The translations under genes and the position numbers were made by a program. The notes beneath the pieces are model-generated. The model saw only the letters and a program-made list of their open reading frames with translations. It did no database searches and had not been told where the DNA came from. A DNA stretch of 53,298 nucleotides from a virus (Duplodnaviria > Heunggongvirae > Uroviricota > Caudoviricetes): IMG/VR virus record IMGVR_UViG_2558860170_000008; one strand, written 5' to 3'. Below are positions 38,773-49,415 of this stretch, one piece after another (position 1 is the stretch's first letter; every line of letters starts with the position of its first letter).

Positions 38773-39710
38773 ACCTGTGAGAGTAATTCAGGGTTGGTAT
38801 AAACCTCTTTAAAGGCCGCATTAATATGTTTTTCTGTCAGCGCCGCGCCTTCACCGCTGGCGGTGAGCCACGCCTGGTTAAGCGTATGTGTCAGAACGCG
38901 TAACGCTCCCGGCTTTTCAGCGATAGCCTGCATGACGGCCAGCTCGGCCTCACCACTGATCCCCCACGCCATGGCAATGGCCAGCACATCCGCCTTTTTG
39001 GCCTTGCGAAGTTGTTTTGTACGGGCAAGACGGCTGAACAGGCGCGATAAATCATCAAAGGCGCGGCGTCCACCTTTAAACAATCCGCGCGGGTTACCAA
39101 TAAGCACCATCCCGATCCCCGTGGCGTCCTGAATTGCCCGGAGTTGCTCCAGACCGTCAATACCAAGATGATCCGCCTCATCCACAATCACCAGTCCACG
39201 CGTTCCCATCAGGCGACGGCGGATGGCGCGGGATAATGCCCCTTTGTTCGCGCGGGTGTAATCAATCCCCAGCGCATCGGCCAGCTCCAGCAGACACTCC
39301 GTGACGCTGGAGTGCGCGGGTGACAGGGTGATCATCCAGGTGTTTGGTTGCTCCTGGCAGTAATTACGGGCAGTGGCCGTTTTACCCACACCCGGTACGC
39401 CCACAATAACGTTAATACAGCCCATCAGGCGAACCGCCTGAAACAGTGCGCGCAGCTCCTGGACTGTCTGAGTTTCCACAAACTGCGGCGGTTCCGGCAG
39501 TGCGCTTTGTTTATTCCAGTTCTCATACCAGGAGCGCAGGGAAGCAGCCACAGCAGCGTTATCGCCTTTATATTTTCCCTTACGGAAAGCCGATAATGTG
39601 CCGTCGGAAATTCCCGCCTCTCTGGCGATGGCATACTGCGTCAGTACGCCGCCATCAATAAGTTCATCAATGGTCTTGATTACATCGTTAATATCGGTCA
39701 TATTATTCAC
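38769..39710 (-). CDS. MuB-like transposition ATPase / target DNA activator
   Basis: 313-aa ORF; N-terminal HTH, Walker A GVPGVGKT, ...LVIVDEADHLG..., C-terminal ...KPGALRVLTHTL; strong resemblance to Mu B. Confidence 0.85.
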   Translation of the reverse strand: MNNMTDINDVIKTIDELIDGGVLTQYAIAREAGISDGTLSAFRKGKYKGDNAAVAASLRSWYENWNKQSALPEPPQFVETQTVQELRALFQAVRLMGCINVIVGVPGVGKTATARNYCQEQPNTWMITLSPAHSSVTECLLELADALGIDYTRANKGALSRAIRRRLMGTRGLVIVDEADHLGIDGLEQLRAIQDATGIGMVLIGNPRGLFKGGRRAFDDLSRLFSRLARTKQLRKAKKADVLAIAMAWGISGEAELAVMQAIAEKPGALRVLTHTLNQAWLTASGEGAALTEKHINAAFKEVYTNPELLSQV

Positions 39711-39783
39711 CTCGCTTGAGACAGCATTCTCCGAGACTGAAACCTCAAATAACCTGAGTCACCCCTCGGGTTATTTTTTTATT

Positions 39784-41874
39784 TCAGGCCAGCGGATCAC
39801 TTTCTTTTAATTTCGCTTCGAGCAGTTGCAATCCCCGCTGGAAATTACGCTCGTATTCTTCATCAGGTTCATCGTCAGCGACCGGTTGCTGAACGGTCAC
39901 CGTATTACCCACAGGGCGGTATATGTTTTCCAGCCAGGGCTCCTGCGGCTTGTGCTCCAGCACGTTGACAACCTCATCCTCGGCATCACGGATTTTTTCC
40001 TCTGCGCGTTTACGCATGCCTTTAAGGCGCTGCTGCTGTTTGTAGTATTCCGCGCTGACAGGGAAGGCTTCGCGTTTATTGCCGTCCCATACCGCCTCGC
40101 AAATCACGCTGCCATCCGGGCGGCGCACGGTAATTCGTTCGGCATCATGAATGTCATAGCTGATAAGTACCTTACGGCCATGCTCGTCACGCAGCTCGGG
40201 CGCGTAGTAAATATTATTCAGCCAGCGTATTTCACAGCGTCTTACAGGGCGCTCCACCATCGGCCGGAACATATCCCGCAGTTCAACATCGGACAGCCAT
40301 TCAATTTCCGTGTCCTCTTCCGCCAGGCGTTTTTTTCTGAACTCCGCCGGGCTGTAATGTTTACCGTTCGGCTTCATGGGTAATTCATCGTGCGGCCGGT
40401 TGTTGTACCACTCAACACCGTCACGAATGGCATCAATCAGTTCAGACCAGGACGGTAAATCACGCATCGCTGACTGCTGCCGGGCGTTCAGCCGTTTGCC
40501 CTGTTGCAGGGCACTGAATGCCGAGCGTAAATCGCGGTTGGTTTTACGTAACGTCTCGCGATCTGCTCCTTTCCCGAAATAGGTGCGGTATTTACGGGCT
40601 ATGCGCATCGGTAATGTGCGGTTAAGCCGTTCGATAATGCCCCGTCCCTGCGGATTACCGGCAATCCCTGTCGGGTGATTAATCCCCAGTCGTGGCAGTA
40701 TCCCCACAATCTCCTTATCCAGGACGTCGGCGGTTTCCCCGGAGCCATTATCCGAGTAATACAGAAACGGTTTGCCATGATGGCGAATACCGTGCTGTAT
40801 GGCACCGGCTACGGCGAAAACATTTTCAGCCAGGTCAAGGCTCCAGCCCACCACAAAGCGCGTGCCACCGTCGATAACAAAGGTCACTTCCGGTGCGAAT
40901 GGCCGCCCGTGAACCGGGTGCGCGCATTTCAGCTTCATGCCGTGACCGTCACCAATCCAGACATAATTCACCGGCATTCTGGACCAGTCGCGGCGCGTGA
41001 ATCCCTCAAGCTGACGGTATTCACTGCCAGTTACCCGGCCTTTTTGTTTCACCACTTCCGGCAGTTTCTTCATTGCGCGGCGAATGGTGTCATAAGAGGG
41101 CATGATATCGAGCATATAAGGCTCATCAGCGTGCCGGTGCTGCCATTCAGCAACAAAATCCTCGTAAGCCTCGGTCATTGGTCGGCCGTTTGACTGGCGA
41201 TACTGCGCCAGAAATTCGGGCAGCCAGTTAATATCTTCGGCTTTTATTTCCTGGCGTTTACCCGGTGCCAGTAAAAGCAGGCGTTCAGCGGCGTTCTGTG
41301 CCTTGTTAAAGGCCGCAATCCAGCGTTTCAGCGTGATTTCACTCAACGCGCGGCTGTTTCCCTTTTTGGCGTTCGCCGTCTCAACCATTGCCACAATGCG
41401 CTCGTCCAGTTGTGATCGTGCCAGGCTGTTAACGAGGAACCGGATAGCCTTAGCGCAACTAAAGCCGGGTTGTTGCGCGATTTTCAGCACCTCGCTGACG
41501 ATCGCTATTCGTGCCTCTGCCACTTTACGTTGGTTTTCAGTCAGGGCATTGAGGCGTTCGACCATCAGTTGGGGTGATCCGCGATATGCCTCCACCGCAT
41601 CAACCACGGCAGGTGAGCGTCTGGCCTTTGTCACCACCGGAGCCGGTGATTCATCGGCTTTTTGCGTCATCAGTTGCAGGGCGTAGCGTTCACGTAATGC
41701 CTGCTGCGTCACTTCAGGTAAACAGTCGATGCTGTATTCAGTTGCTTTAGAGCCTGAGCGACGACGGGAACAACAGCTTTTCCCTTGTACGTAACGTTGT
41801 AATGCCTGGCGAATACCTTTTGTTGTAGCAGGCATTCCGGGCGCGCCAATCAGTTCTTTTGCAATGACATACAT
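39784..41874 (-). CDS. MuA-like DDE transposase
   Basis: 696-aa ORF directly after ner; N-terminal end/enhancer-binding-like region and central catalytic region of Mu-family transposases. Confidence 0.9.
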   Translation of the reverse strand: MYVIAKELIGAPGMPATTKGIRQALQRYVQGKSCCSRRRSGSKATEYSIDCLPEVTQQALRERYALQLMTQKADESPAPVVTKARRSPAVVDAVEAYRGSPQLMVERLNALTENQRKVAEARIAIVSEVLKIAQQPGFSCAKAIRFLVNSLARSQLDERIVAMVETANAKKGNSRALSEITLKRWIAAFNKAQNAAERLLLLAPGKRQEIKAEDINWLPEFLAQYRQSNGRPMTEAYEDFVAEWQHRHADEPYMLDIMPSYDTIRRAMKKLPEVVKQKGRVTGSEYRQLEGFTRRDWSRMPVNYVWIGDGHGMKLKCAHPVHGRPFAPEVTFVIDGGTRFVVGWSLDLAENVFAVAGAIQHGIRHHGKPFLYYSDNGSGETADVLDKEIVGILPRLGINHPTGIAGNPQGRGIIERLNRTLPMRIARKYRTYFGKGADRETLRKTNRDLRSAFSALQQGKRLNARQQSAMRDLPSWSELIDAIRDGVEWYNNRPHDELPMKPNGKHYSPAEFRKKRLAEEDTEIEWLSDVELRDMFRPMVERPVRRCEIRWLNNIYYAPELRDEHGRKVLISYDIHDAERITVRRPDGSVICEAVWDGNKREAFPVSAEYYKQQQRLKGMRKRAEEKIRDAEDEVVNVLEHKPQEPWLENIYRPVGNTVTVQQPVADDEPDEEYERNFQRGLQLLEAKLKESDPLA

Positions 41875-41875
41875 A

Positions 41876-42124
41876 TCATGACGCCTTTCTCATATAGCTC
41901 TTAACCTGGTATCGACTGGGCCAGATTTCTTCAGGTGATACCCCAAGAGCATCAGCAATTATTTGCTGATACGGTCGGCAAGGAGTACGTAATACGCTTT
42001 TCAGCGAATCCCTGCTGTAACCAGCCTTTAAAGATAAAGAGCGCAGTGATAAGCCTGCCATGTGTAAGCGCGCCTTGATGATTTCAGGCGGCCAATCGTG
42101 ATCTGAAACTTCTCTTCTACTCAT
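41876..42124 (-). CDS. ner: Ner-like DNA-binding early regulator
   Basis: 82-aa ORF; ...QQIIADALGVSPEEIWPSRYQ matches Mu Ner (...EQIIANALETKPEVIWPSRYQ). Confidence 0.8.
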   Translation of the reverse strand: MSRREVSDHDWPPEIIKARLHMAGLSLRSLSLKAGYSRDSLKSVLRTPCRPYQQIIADALGVSPEEIWPSRYQVKSYMRKAS

Positions 42125-42195
42125 ACTTCCTCTATTCTAAAAAGTTACCCGCGCGGATATTCGTGCGGATATCTGTACGGGTAAATAATGCATCA

Positions 42196-42232
42196 CCAAA
42201 AATACCAAATCAAGGTATTTTTGGTATTTTGG
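42196..42232. promoter_or_regulatory. Operator-like palindrome CCAAAAATACC-N7-GGTATTTTTGG (plus a further TATTTTGG) in the divergent c / ner-A-B control region
   Basis: Inverted repeat seen directly between the repressor and ner starts. Confidence 0.45.
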
Positions 42233-42314
42233 CTAATTTTTGCTTTTATCCTTATTTTTCAATTGGATAAATAGAAAGAAACCTTTCCTTAGAAAAGCAC
42301 CAAGAGGTATCTTT

Positions 42315-42845
42315 ATGTCGCAGGGAAAAGAACCTGTTATTGAACGTATTGGAATGCTTACAAAGCGCTACCCTTCAAGAAGTGCAGCTGCCAGAGCGTG
42401 GGGAATCAATATCAACACATTAAACAGCTATTTCAAGGGAGGACAAACACAACCAGCCCCCAGAGAAAGTATCCTTATACGAATTTCTGAAAGTGAAGGC
42501 GTTAGTCTTGAGTGGCTTAAAGAGGGCAAGGGTGAATTACCAAACGATATTGGTATTTATGGTAATTTTGGTTGTTCTGGTGATAAGGGAGATCAGCTTA
42601 CACAGATGCTTTCATTCCTTACGAAAGACGAACGAGAACAGTTAACCAATCTCCTTGCTCGCAAAGGTGTAGAGACGGTTCTGACACTGCTGAATAAAGA
42701 AAACCAAGATTTATTACAACTAGAAGGCAGGAAGCGCCTGGCTGCGTTGATGATTGTAGATATGCCAGACGATTGCGTCAGAGAGATTTTGGAAAAAACC
42801 GAGACAAGTAGGCAATCAAATCCGGTAGAATCTAAAGCGGGTTAG
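42315..42845 (+). CDS. Mu c-like repressor
   Basis: Start at ATG 42315 (MSQGKEPVIERIGMLTKRYPS...); divergent from ner; C-terminal region resembles Mu/D108 repressors. Confidence 0.75.
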   Translation: MSQGKEPVIERIGMLTKRYPSRSAAARAWGININTLNSYFKGGQTQPAPRESILIRISESEGVSLEWLKEGKGELPNDIGIYGNFGCSGDKGDQLTQMLSFLTKDEREQLTNLLARKGVETVLTLLNKENQDLLQLEGRKRLAALMIVDMPDDCVREILEKTETSRQSNPVESKAG

Positions 42846-42922
42846 TTTGGCGAGGCTGGCCCGTATGTTAGTTGCCATATAGATTTAATGAAGTTTTAAA
42901 CGCTTTAAAAAGTTGAGATCGC

Positions 42923-43080
42923 AGTATCAAAAGTTTTGCCGATTTTAGAATAAACGATTAATTATTGCACAATCGATATCAAATAGACTTTAAGCGCTCA
43001 TCCAGACATCACCTGTTTTATTTCAGTATCTTACAGGTGATTTCACCTCCTTTCACTAAAACCCTCGTTGGTATCAAATG
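42923..43080 (-). repeat. Three inverted copies of the TTTGATA(C/T) terminal motif near the prophage left end
   Basis: GGTATCAAAT at ~43070, GATATCAAAT at ~42978, AGTATCAAAAG at ~42925; mirror the three copies at 4094..4160. Confidence 0.45.
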
Positions 43081-43707
43081 ATTCACCTGGTTACACAGCG
43101 CATTCCTTACCCAGGCCAGGAAATCACTCTTAGTGTCAAAACGGATAACATCTTCAGGCAGAAAAGCACACCCAAAGCCGAATGCGCCGGGTATCGCCAG
43201 ACGGCCTTTTGTCCGGTCGTAAATGTCGCTCTGTGCTTCCATCGTGGCCGCACTTTTCAGCCCCAGATTATCCCGGGACTTCTGTTGTGCCTTTTCGCCT
43301 GCTGCTGCGATTTCAGACAGATGGTTAGCCGTTTTCAGAGTGCCGGTCAGCGCAGCATCAATGTCATTTTTGGCCTGCTCTGCTGCGCGGGCATAACCTG
43401 CGGCTGCCGCCACATCCTGCGCCGTCTGCTGTGCGTTTCCGGCTGCGGCCCCGGCGCTCTGCTGCGCCTGCGCCACCATTTCCTCAAAGCGTTTGACGAC
43501 ATCCGGTTTCAGGTCGCCCTCATCAGGAGCAATCAGAAAGTCATTCAGCGTGCCGGGCTTTGAGTCCTCATATACAGCAATGTCGCCAACGTTGTACTCG
43601 TTGTGCCAGCCCGGTTTCAGATACACACCATATTTTCCAGTCCGCGCATGGAAACAGTATTCACCATCGTTTCCTGTCATCACATCAGCAACAGTGTGCA
43701 TCACCAC
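43018..43707 (-). pseudogene. Lambdoid side tail fibre (Stf) N-terminal fragment, truncated at the 5' side by the IS66-family element and interrupted at the 3' side by the Mu-like prophage
   Basis: ...DIAVYEDSKPGTLNDFLIAPDEGDLKPDVVKRFEEMVAQAQ... then an Ala/Gln-rich segment, matching the N-terminal region of E. coli Stf proteins; the last ~20 codons read into the prophage end. Confidence 0.7.
43081..43090 (+). repeat. 10-bp direct repeat ATTCACCTGG, copy 2 (high-coordinate prophage junction)
   Basis: Identical to 4063..4072; position calibrated from codons 206-209 of the stf fragment. Confidence 0.7.
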
Positions 43708-43760
43708 TTCCGGGGTGTTTACCGTAAGCGTGCAGCAAGAACCGTATTGACGGGAATGTG

Positions 43761-44219
43761 TTATTCAGTCGGCAGTGCTACGCGCCAGGGGAGCAGTTCG
43801 CCGACCCGGTTTATCGGCCAGTCGGCTATGACATCAAGGACATAGCGGAGGTAGCTTTCTGGCTCCACTCCGTTCAGTTTGCACGTCCCGATCAGGCTGT
43901 ACAGCAGCGCTCCCCGCTCTCCTCCATGATCCGAACCGAAGAACAGGTAGTTTTTGCGGCCCAGACTGACCATCCGCAACGCATTTTCAGCGATGTTATT
44001 GTCCGCCTCAGCCCAGCCATCATCTGCATAGTACGTCAGCGCCGGCCACTGGTTCAGGGCATATGCGAACGCTTTCGCCAGTTCTGAGTGTCGCGACAGG
44101 GTTTTCATCTTTTCACGCAGCCAGCTTTCCAGGGATTTCAGCAGCGGTTTCGTTTTCAACTGACGTTCGGCAAGGCGCTGTTTCAGCAGGAAGATGTCGT
44201 CAGAAGAGATGTCGTTCAT
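43761..44219 (-). pseudogene. IS66-family tnpC with a large internal deletion (152 aa versus ~500 aa expected)
   Basis: N-terminal MNDISSDDIFLLKQRLAE joined directly to the conserved C-terminal region ...NIAENALRMVSLGRKNYLFFGSDHGGERGALLYSLIGTCKLNGVEP...; catalytic core absent. Confidence 0.7.
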
Positions 44220-44268
44220 AAGCCCGTATTTTACCGGGCTTATTCTGTGACAACCAGGATAAAGAGAT

Positions 44269-44616
44269 TTACAGCATGGTCAGGGAGGTCAGCAGCCGCT
44301 TAGGCTGTCGCCAGTCGATACCTTCCAGCAGCATCGCCAGCTGCGCCTGTGTAAGGAACACTTTGCCATCACGGGCTGACGGCCAGGCGAAGCGCCCACG
44401 CTCCAGCCGTTTGGTCAGGAGGCACAGTCCGTCACTGGTGGACCACAGCAGTTTAACCTGACTGCCGCTGCGGCCCCGGAAAATGAAAACATGGCCGGAC
44501 ATGGGATCGTCTTTCAGCGCCGTCTGTACTTTCGCAGCCAGGCCGTTGAAGCCATTTCTCATATCGGTGATACCGGCAACCAGCCAAATTTTGATCCCGG
44601 AAGGTAACGGGATCAT
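44269..44616 (-). CDS. IS66-family TnpB accessory protein
   Basis: 115-aa ORF MIPLPSGIKIWLVAGITDMRNGFNGLAAKVQ...; 4-bp overlap with tnpA end. Confidence 0.85.
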   Translation of the reverse strand: MIPLPSGIKIWLVAGITDMRNGFNGLAAKVQTALKDDPMSGHVFIFRGRSGSQVKLLWSTSDGLCLLTKRLERGRFAWPSARDGKVFLTQAQLAMLLEGIDWRQPKRLLTSLTML

Positions 44617-44811
44617 CGCTTCAGTTCCTGTATCAGCAGAGTCAGGAGCTTTTCGCTGACATTGCCATTGAAGCGGAGCGTCCCGTGCCGGAACGTTACC
44701 TCACAGCTGATACTGAGGGTTTTCGGGTCCTCTGCGAGCGATTCTGGCTGTTCGGCAGCTGCATCGAGAGTCACAGGAAGTAGCTGGGGGCTCTCTGAAG
44801 AAGGTAATAGC
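44613..44811 (-). pseudogene. IS66-family tnpA, 3' part (downstream of the IS600 insertion)
   Basis: Frame continues from the IS600 end into ...TPQLLPSSESPQLLPVTLDAAAEQPESLAEDPKTLSISCEVTFRHGTLRFNG... Confidence 0.6.
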
Positions 44812-44854
44812 TGAGGTGTACTGGCAATAGCGGACACTACCATTTGTTCTTTTT

Positions 44855-45673
44855 TTAAGCAGCCATCTGATGATATTTTTCCCTGAAGGCTGCCGGGGAG
44901 ATATTCCCCAGACGAGAGTGACGACGCTGACGATTGTAGAAAATCTCAATGTATTCCCGTATTACTGAGATGGCTTCATCCCGGTTATTAAAACGATAGT
45001 GGCTCAGGCTCTCATTTTTCAGCGTTCCCCAGAAGCTTTCCATCGGAGCGTTGTCGTAACAGTTACCTTTACGCGACATTGATGTTTTCAGACCAGACTG
45101 CTCCTGTATGACCCGGTAATCGTATGCGCAGTACTGTGAACCTCGATCAGAGTGGTGGATTAGCCCGGCAGGTGGGCGCTGGCTCCTGAGCGCCATAAAC
45201 AGGGCTTTACCTGTCAGCTCTTTTGTCATGCGCTCTCCCATGGCGTAGCCGACAATTTCGCACGTATAAACATCTTTGATGCCAGCGAGGTACAACCATC
45301 CCTCCTGTGTGGCAACATACGTCAGGTCCGCCACCCAGACCTGATTTGGTGCTGTAGGAGCGAACGTCTGGTTCAGCAGATTTGGCGCAACTGGCAGATT
45401 GTGGTTCGAGTTCGTAGTCGCTCTGAACTTGCGTTTCTGCTTACAGCGTAGCCTTAGCTCCTTACGAAGACGTGCCAGTCGGTCACGACCAACGATGATG
45501 CCATTCTCTGCCAGCTCCGTCTGGAGCCGCCGGGTTCCATATGTTTCGCGAGTGCGGATATGTGCCACCTTAATCTCCAGTTTTAGCCGCTCATCACTTT
45601 GTTTTCTGTCTGAGGGTTCATGCTGTACCCAGTTGTAATAACCGCTCCTGGATACACCAAATACCTGACACAT
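44855..45673 (-). CDS. IS600 OrfB (IS3-family transposase catalytic part)
   Basis: 272-aa ORF ...QVWVADLTYV...HHSDRGSQYCA...YDNAPMESFWGTLK... (DDE motif region). Confidence 0.9.
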   Translation of the reverse strand: MCQVFGVSRSGYYNWVQHEPSDRKQSDERLKLEIKVAHIRTRETYGTRRLQTELAENGIIVGRDRLARLRKELRLRCKQKRKFRATTNSNHNLPVAPNLLNQTFAPTAPNQVWVADLTYVATQEGWLYLAGIKDVYTCEIVGYAMGERMTKELTGKALFMALRSQRPPAGLIHHSDRGSQYCAYDYRVIQEQSGLKTSMSRKGNCYDNAPMESFWGTLKNESLSHYRFNNRDEAISVIREYIEIFYNRQRRHSRLGNISPAAFREKYHQMAA

Positions 45674-45708
45674 CGCTTCAATGGGAAATTGTTGTCGCCA
45701 TTGTTCGA

Positions 45709-46011
45709 TTAACGCGTATTTTTCAGCGACTCCTGTGCAAAATACGCTGTTGCTTTTTTTAATATATCTCGCTCAAGGCGAGCTTCATTTAACGCCTTAC
45801 GCAGTTGCAGAATTTCAGATTCCAGTTCAGCCACCGTGCGGGAACCAGGAGTACCGAGCCCTTTTCTGGCGGCGGTAACCCATTGTCCTAAAGTGCCTTC
45901 AGGAAGAGATAATCGGGAAGCGCCTTCACTGATCGAAAGTTGATTTTCAAGAACCGTTCTGACAGCTTCGGCTTTGAACTCTTTAGAGTAACGTTGGGTT
46001 TTTCTGCTCAT
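45709..46011 (-). CDS. IS600 OrfA (HTH protein)
   Basis: 100-aa ORF MSRKTQRYSKEFKAEAVRTVLENQLSISEGASRLSLPEGTLGQWV... Confidence 0.9.
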   Translation of the reverse strand: MSRKTQRYSKEFKAEAVRTVLENQLSISEGASRLSLPEGTLGQWVTAARKGLGTPGSRTVAELESEILQLRKALNEARLERDILKKATAYFAQESLKNTR

Positions 46012-46075
46012 TATTAGCTCCTTCTGATGCCATTCTATTTCAGGAAGGAGTGTCCGTTAAACTCAGGCTACCTCA

Positions 46076-46281
46076 AGCAGCTTTCCCTCGCGCCATTGTT
46101 GTCGCCATTTGAACAACAGATTGGCGTTAATGCCATTTTCAAGAGCAAGTTTTGAGATGGATATCCCGGGTTCACAGGAGGCAGCAACGAGCTGCTGTTT
46201 AAATTCGGGAGGATAATTAGGGCAGCCTTTTCGCCTGCCGGGAGTCACATTTTTCTGCATATCTGACACTTTGGTTCCCAC
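46076..46281 (-). pseudogene. IS66-family tnpA, 5' part (upstream of the IS600 insertion)
   Basis: ...PEFKQQLVAASCEPGISISKLALENGINANLLFKWRQQW... HTH region; frame runs into the IS600 end. Confidence 0.6.
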
Positions 46282-46606
46282 TACTTATTTGGTGGACACC
46301 ACTTTGTCTAATTCGTCAGATTCTGACCAGACGGTTCGGCTGATATGACTTTCCGTGTCAAACCGGAATCTCTAATTTTGACGATTTTCTTTTTAGGTTT
46401 AATTCCCTGAGGGCGACGTAGCAGTAAATCCGACGGTGAATCACGCTGATATTCGCGGGTTGGATACCGCATTACAGAGGTCCGTCATATGAGCCTGCCA
46501 CTTTCTTACGTCGCGAATCAGCTTTGTTCCGCCGTCGCCAAGCGCTAACGTGGGTTACTCTTGTACCGGGCTACGTCGCCTTCAGGGAACTGGTTATTCT
46601 CATTTT

Positions 46607-47734
46607 TTATTTGTGACATTGTGGTTGTTGTGCGACAGACATTGCTATTCGGCCCATATCCCAGATAAAACCCGCCAGCTCACGTGCAACAGCAACAATT
46701 GTAATATTGACATTCTTTCCTTTGGCCTGAAGTTTTCGATACCTCTTACAAAGCCTGAGTTGAGCATCCCATGCTCTGTCAATGACGGGGCGGGGTAAAT
46801 TTTCCTGCCTTTTTTGTATTGCCGGACTGATGCGTGCCGGATGACGGTAACTCCACGCTGCCTCGACCAATAGCTTTCTGGCATAGCTGTTTCCGGCTTT
46901 GGTAATGCTGCCCTGATGTCTGCTTCCACCCGATGAATATTCTGATGGCGTGATACCAAACCATGACATCAGTTGTCGTGGATGTTCAAAACGGGTCAGA
47001 TCACCCAGTTCAGAAATTAATCCAACCGCAGTAATAAACTGAATCCCTCGCATGGCTTGCAGCGCCTCTACTACCGGATACAGCCTCCATTCGGTAACGG
47101 CCTCCTTCAGGGCGGATTCCAGCCGTTCACATTGTGCCTGCCGATCTTCTATTGTACGACGGTGTTCGTCAAAAGCTAATTGTCGCCAGGGACTTTCGAA
47201 TGAGTATTTGCTGAGCCAGCGTCGGTGTGCAGGGCCCCAATCTGCTCGCCCGACATAATGGACCCCATGAACCAGAAGAAACGATTTCAGACGTTGCCTT
47301 GCATGCCGTAAATCATCGCGGGCAGATGCCCATGCCCGGGCCAAATCCCGGAATGCCTCATCTTCAATGCCGGGTACGTAGACAGCAGAAAGATCTCCTG
47401 CACGCAGTGAACGCACAAGTCTGATGGCATCACGGCGATCGGTTTTAACCCGCTCCCCCGGTTTTTTCGGGATAAGTGAGGGGGCGCAGACCATGCAGTC
47501 AAAACCGGATTTCACCAGCCGACGATAAAGTCCATAACCACAGGGCCCCGCTTCATAAACGATACTGACCTGCGATGACTTTGACCTGAGACGTTTACAA
47601 AGATTCTGAATATCAGTAGGTGATGTGCCAATTTTACCCATCAGTTCAACAGGTTCTGAATTGATAGCATAAGCGACAGTAATCGATTCTTTGTGAACAT
47701 CTAACCCGACGTACAATGTGTTATTGTTGTTCAT
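46607..47734 (-). CDS. IS110-family transposase
   Basis: Start at internal ATG (MNNNNTLYVGLDVHKESITVAY...); N-terminal YVGLDVHK-type motif and C-terminal ...GIGFITAVGLISELGDLTRF... region typical of IS110/IS1111 transposases; element ends not located. Confidence 0.8.
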   Translation of the reverse strand: MNNNNTLYVGLDVHKESITVAYAINSEPVELMGKIGTSPTDIQNLCKRLRSKSSQVSIVYEAGPCGYGLYRRLVKSGFDCMVCAPSLIPKKPGERVKTDRRDAIRLVRSLRAGDLSAVYVPGIEDEAFRDLARAWASARDDLRHARQRLKSFLLVHGVHYVGRADWGPAHRRWLSKYSFESPWRQLAFDEHRRTIEDRQAQCERLESALKEAVTEWRLYPVVEALQAMRGIQFITAVGLISELGDLTRFEHPRQLMSWFGITPSEYSSGGSRHQGSITKAGNSYARKLLVEAAWSYRHPARISPAIQKRQENLPRPVIDRAWDAQLRLCKRYRKLQAKGKNVNITIVAVARELAGFIWDMGRIAMSVAQQPQCHK

Positions 47735-48108
47735 GCTGGCCTCCGTGGTGGAAATACCGGGGTGTAACAACAGCTCACCCATGCGGCTCTGACAACGATG
47801 TTAACCCGCGTTAAATATCCCACGTTGGCCAGCATCTGTCTCACGGAAAGTCATACTGCCTTACTTTTGTTTGGGGTAACTGGCAAGTTTTCTCAGCATC
47901 AGGGATGCTGTCACTGTTCCCTGTTTTATTGAGGTCGCCAGACGTAGCACTTCACGCCAGTGAATTTCTATTTCTTTCAGATTAATGCGGGTCGGAGATA
48001 TCAGAGAATGAAGTGCCGGATATTGATCCGCTTTACCTTTAATGAAAAGTTTTTTATCGTGAAGGTTGAACCGCCCCGGGTTTCCTGGAGAGTGTTTTAT
48101 CTGTGAAC

Positions 48109-48991
<883 letters not shown>

Positions 48992-48995
<4 letters not shown>

Positions 48996-49318
48996 TTTTT
49001 CCAGAGGCGGTCAAACTCCGCCTTCGCAAAATAAGCGGAAGCCTGGCGAAGGATATCGTTACTGCGGCGCAGTTCACGATTTTCACGCTCCAGCTCTTTC
49101 AGACGCTGACGTTCAGCGGTGGTGAGCCCTCCATCACCGCCCCCGGTATCCCGCTCATGCTGGCGAACCCGGACACGCAGAGTCTCCGGCGTACAGCCAA
49201 TCTTTGGAGCAATGGAACAAATTGTCGCCCATTGTGAGTCATATTCGCCCTGACTTTCCAGAACCATACGGACTGCCCGTTGACGGACTTCGGGGGAAAA
49301 ACGAGTATTTTTAGTCAT
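48992..49318 (-). CDS. IS629-like OrfA
   Basis: 108-aa [45 protein letters not shown]...; ATG at 49316-49318. Confidence 0.85.
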
Positions 49319-49415
49319 CCTGTTTACCTCTTTCTCAGGAAGTTTAGTCTCCAGGATTCCCGGGGCGGTTCAATGATTTTTACCTGTCAGAACATTATCA
49401 GATGGAACGTGCAGG

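Larger units (their letters stand above)
4073..43080 (-). mobile_element. Mu-like transposable prophage (~39 kb); Mu left end (c-ner-A-B) at high coordinates, right end (gin-com-mom) at low coordinates
   Basis: Collinear set of Mu-family genes: c, ner, A, B, gam, mor, lysis, terminase, portal, F, G, I, T, sheath, tube, tape measure, N, P, baseplate, S, invertible segment, gin, com, mom; boundaries inferred from the flanking 10-bp direct repeat and terminal TTTGATAC-type motifs, exact ends uncertain by a few bp. Confidence 0.8.
44812..46075 (-). mobile_element. IS600 (IS3 family), 1264 bp, flanked by 3-bp direct repeat AGC
   Basis: Terminal inverted repeats TGAGGTGTACTGGCAATAGCGGACACT... and TGAGGTAGCCTGAGTTTAACGGACACT...; orfA/orfB inside; AGC at 44809-44811 and 46076-46078. 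Confidence 0.9.
43730..46340 (-). mobile_element. Defective IS66-family element (tnpA interrupted by IS600, tnpB intact, tnpC internally deleted); outer ends approximate
   Basis: tnpA-tnpB-tnpC order on the minus strand; GTAAGCG-type end near 43728; upstream end not located precisely. Confidence 0.55.
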
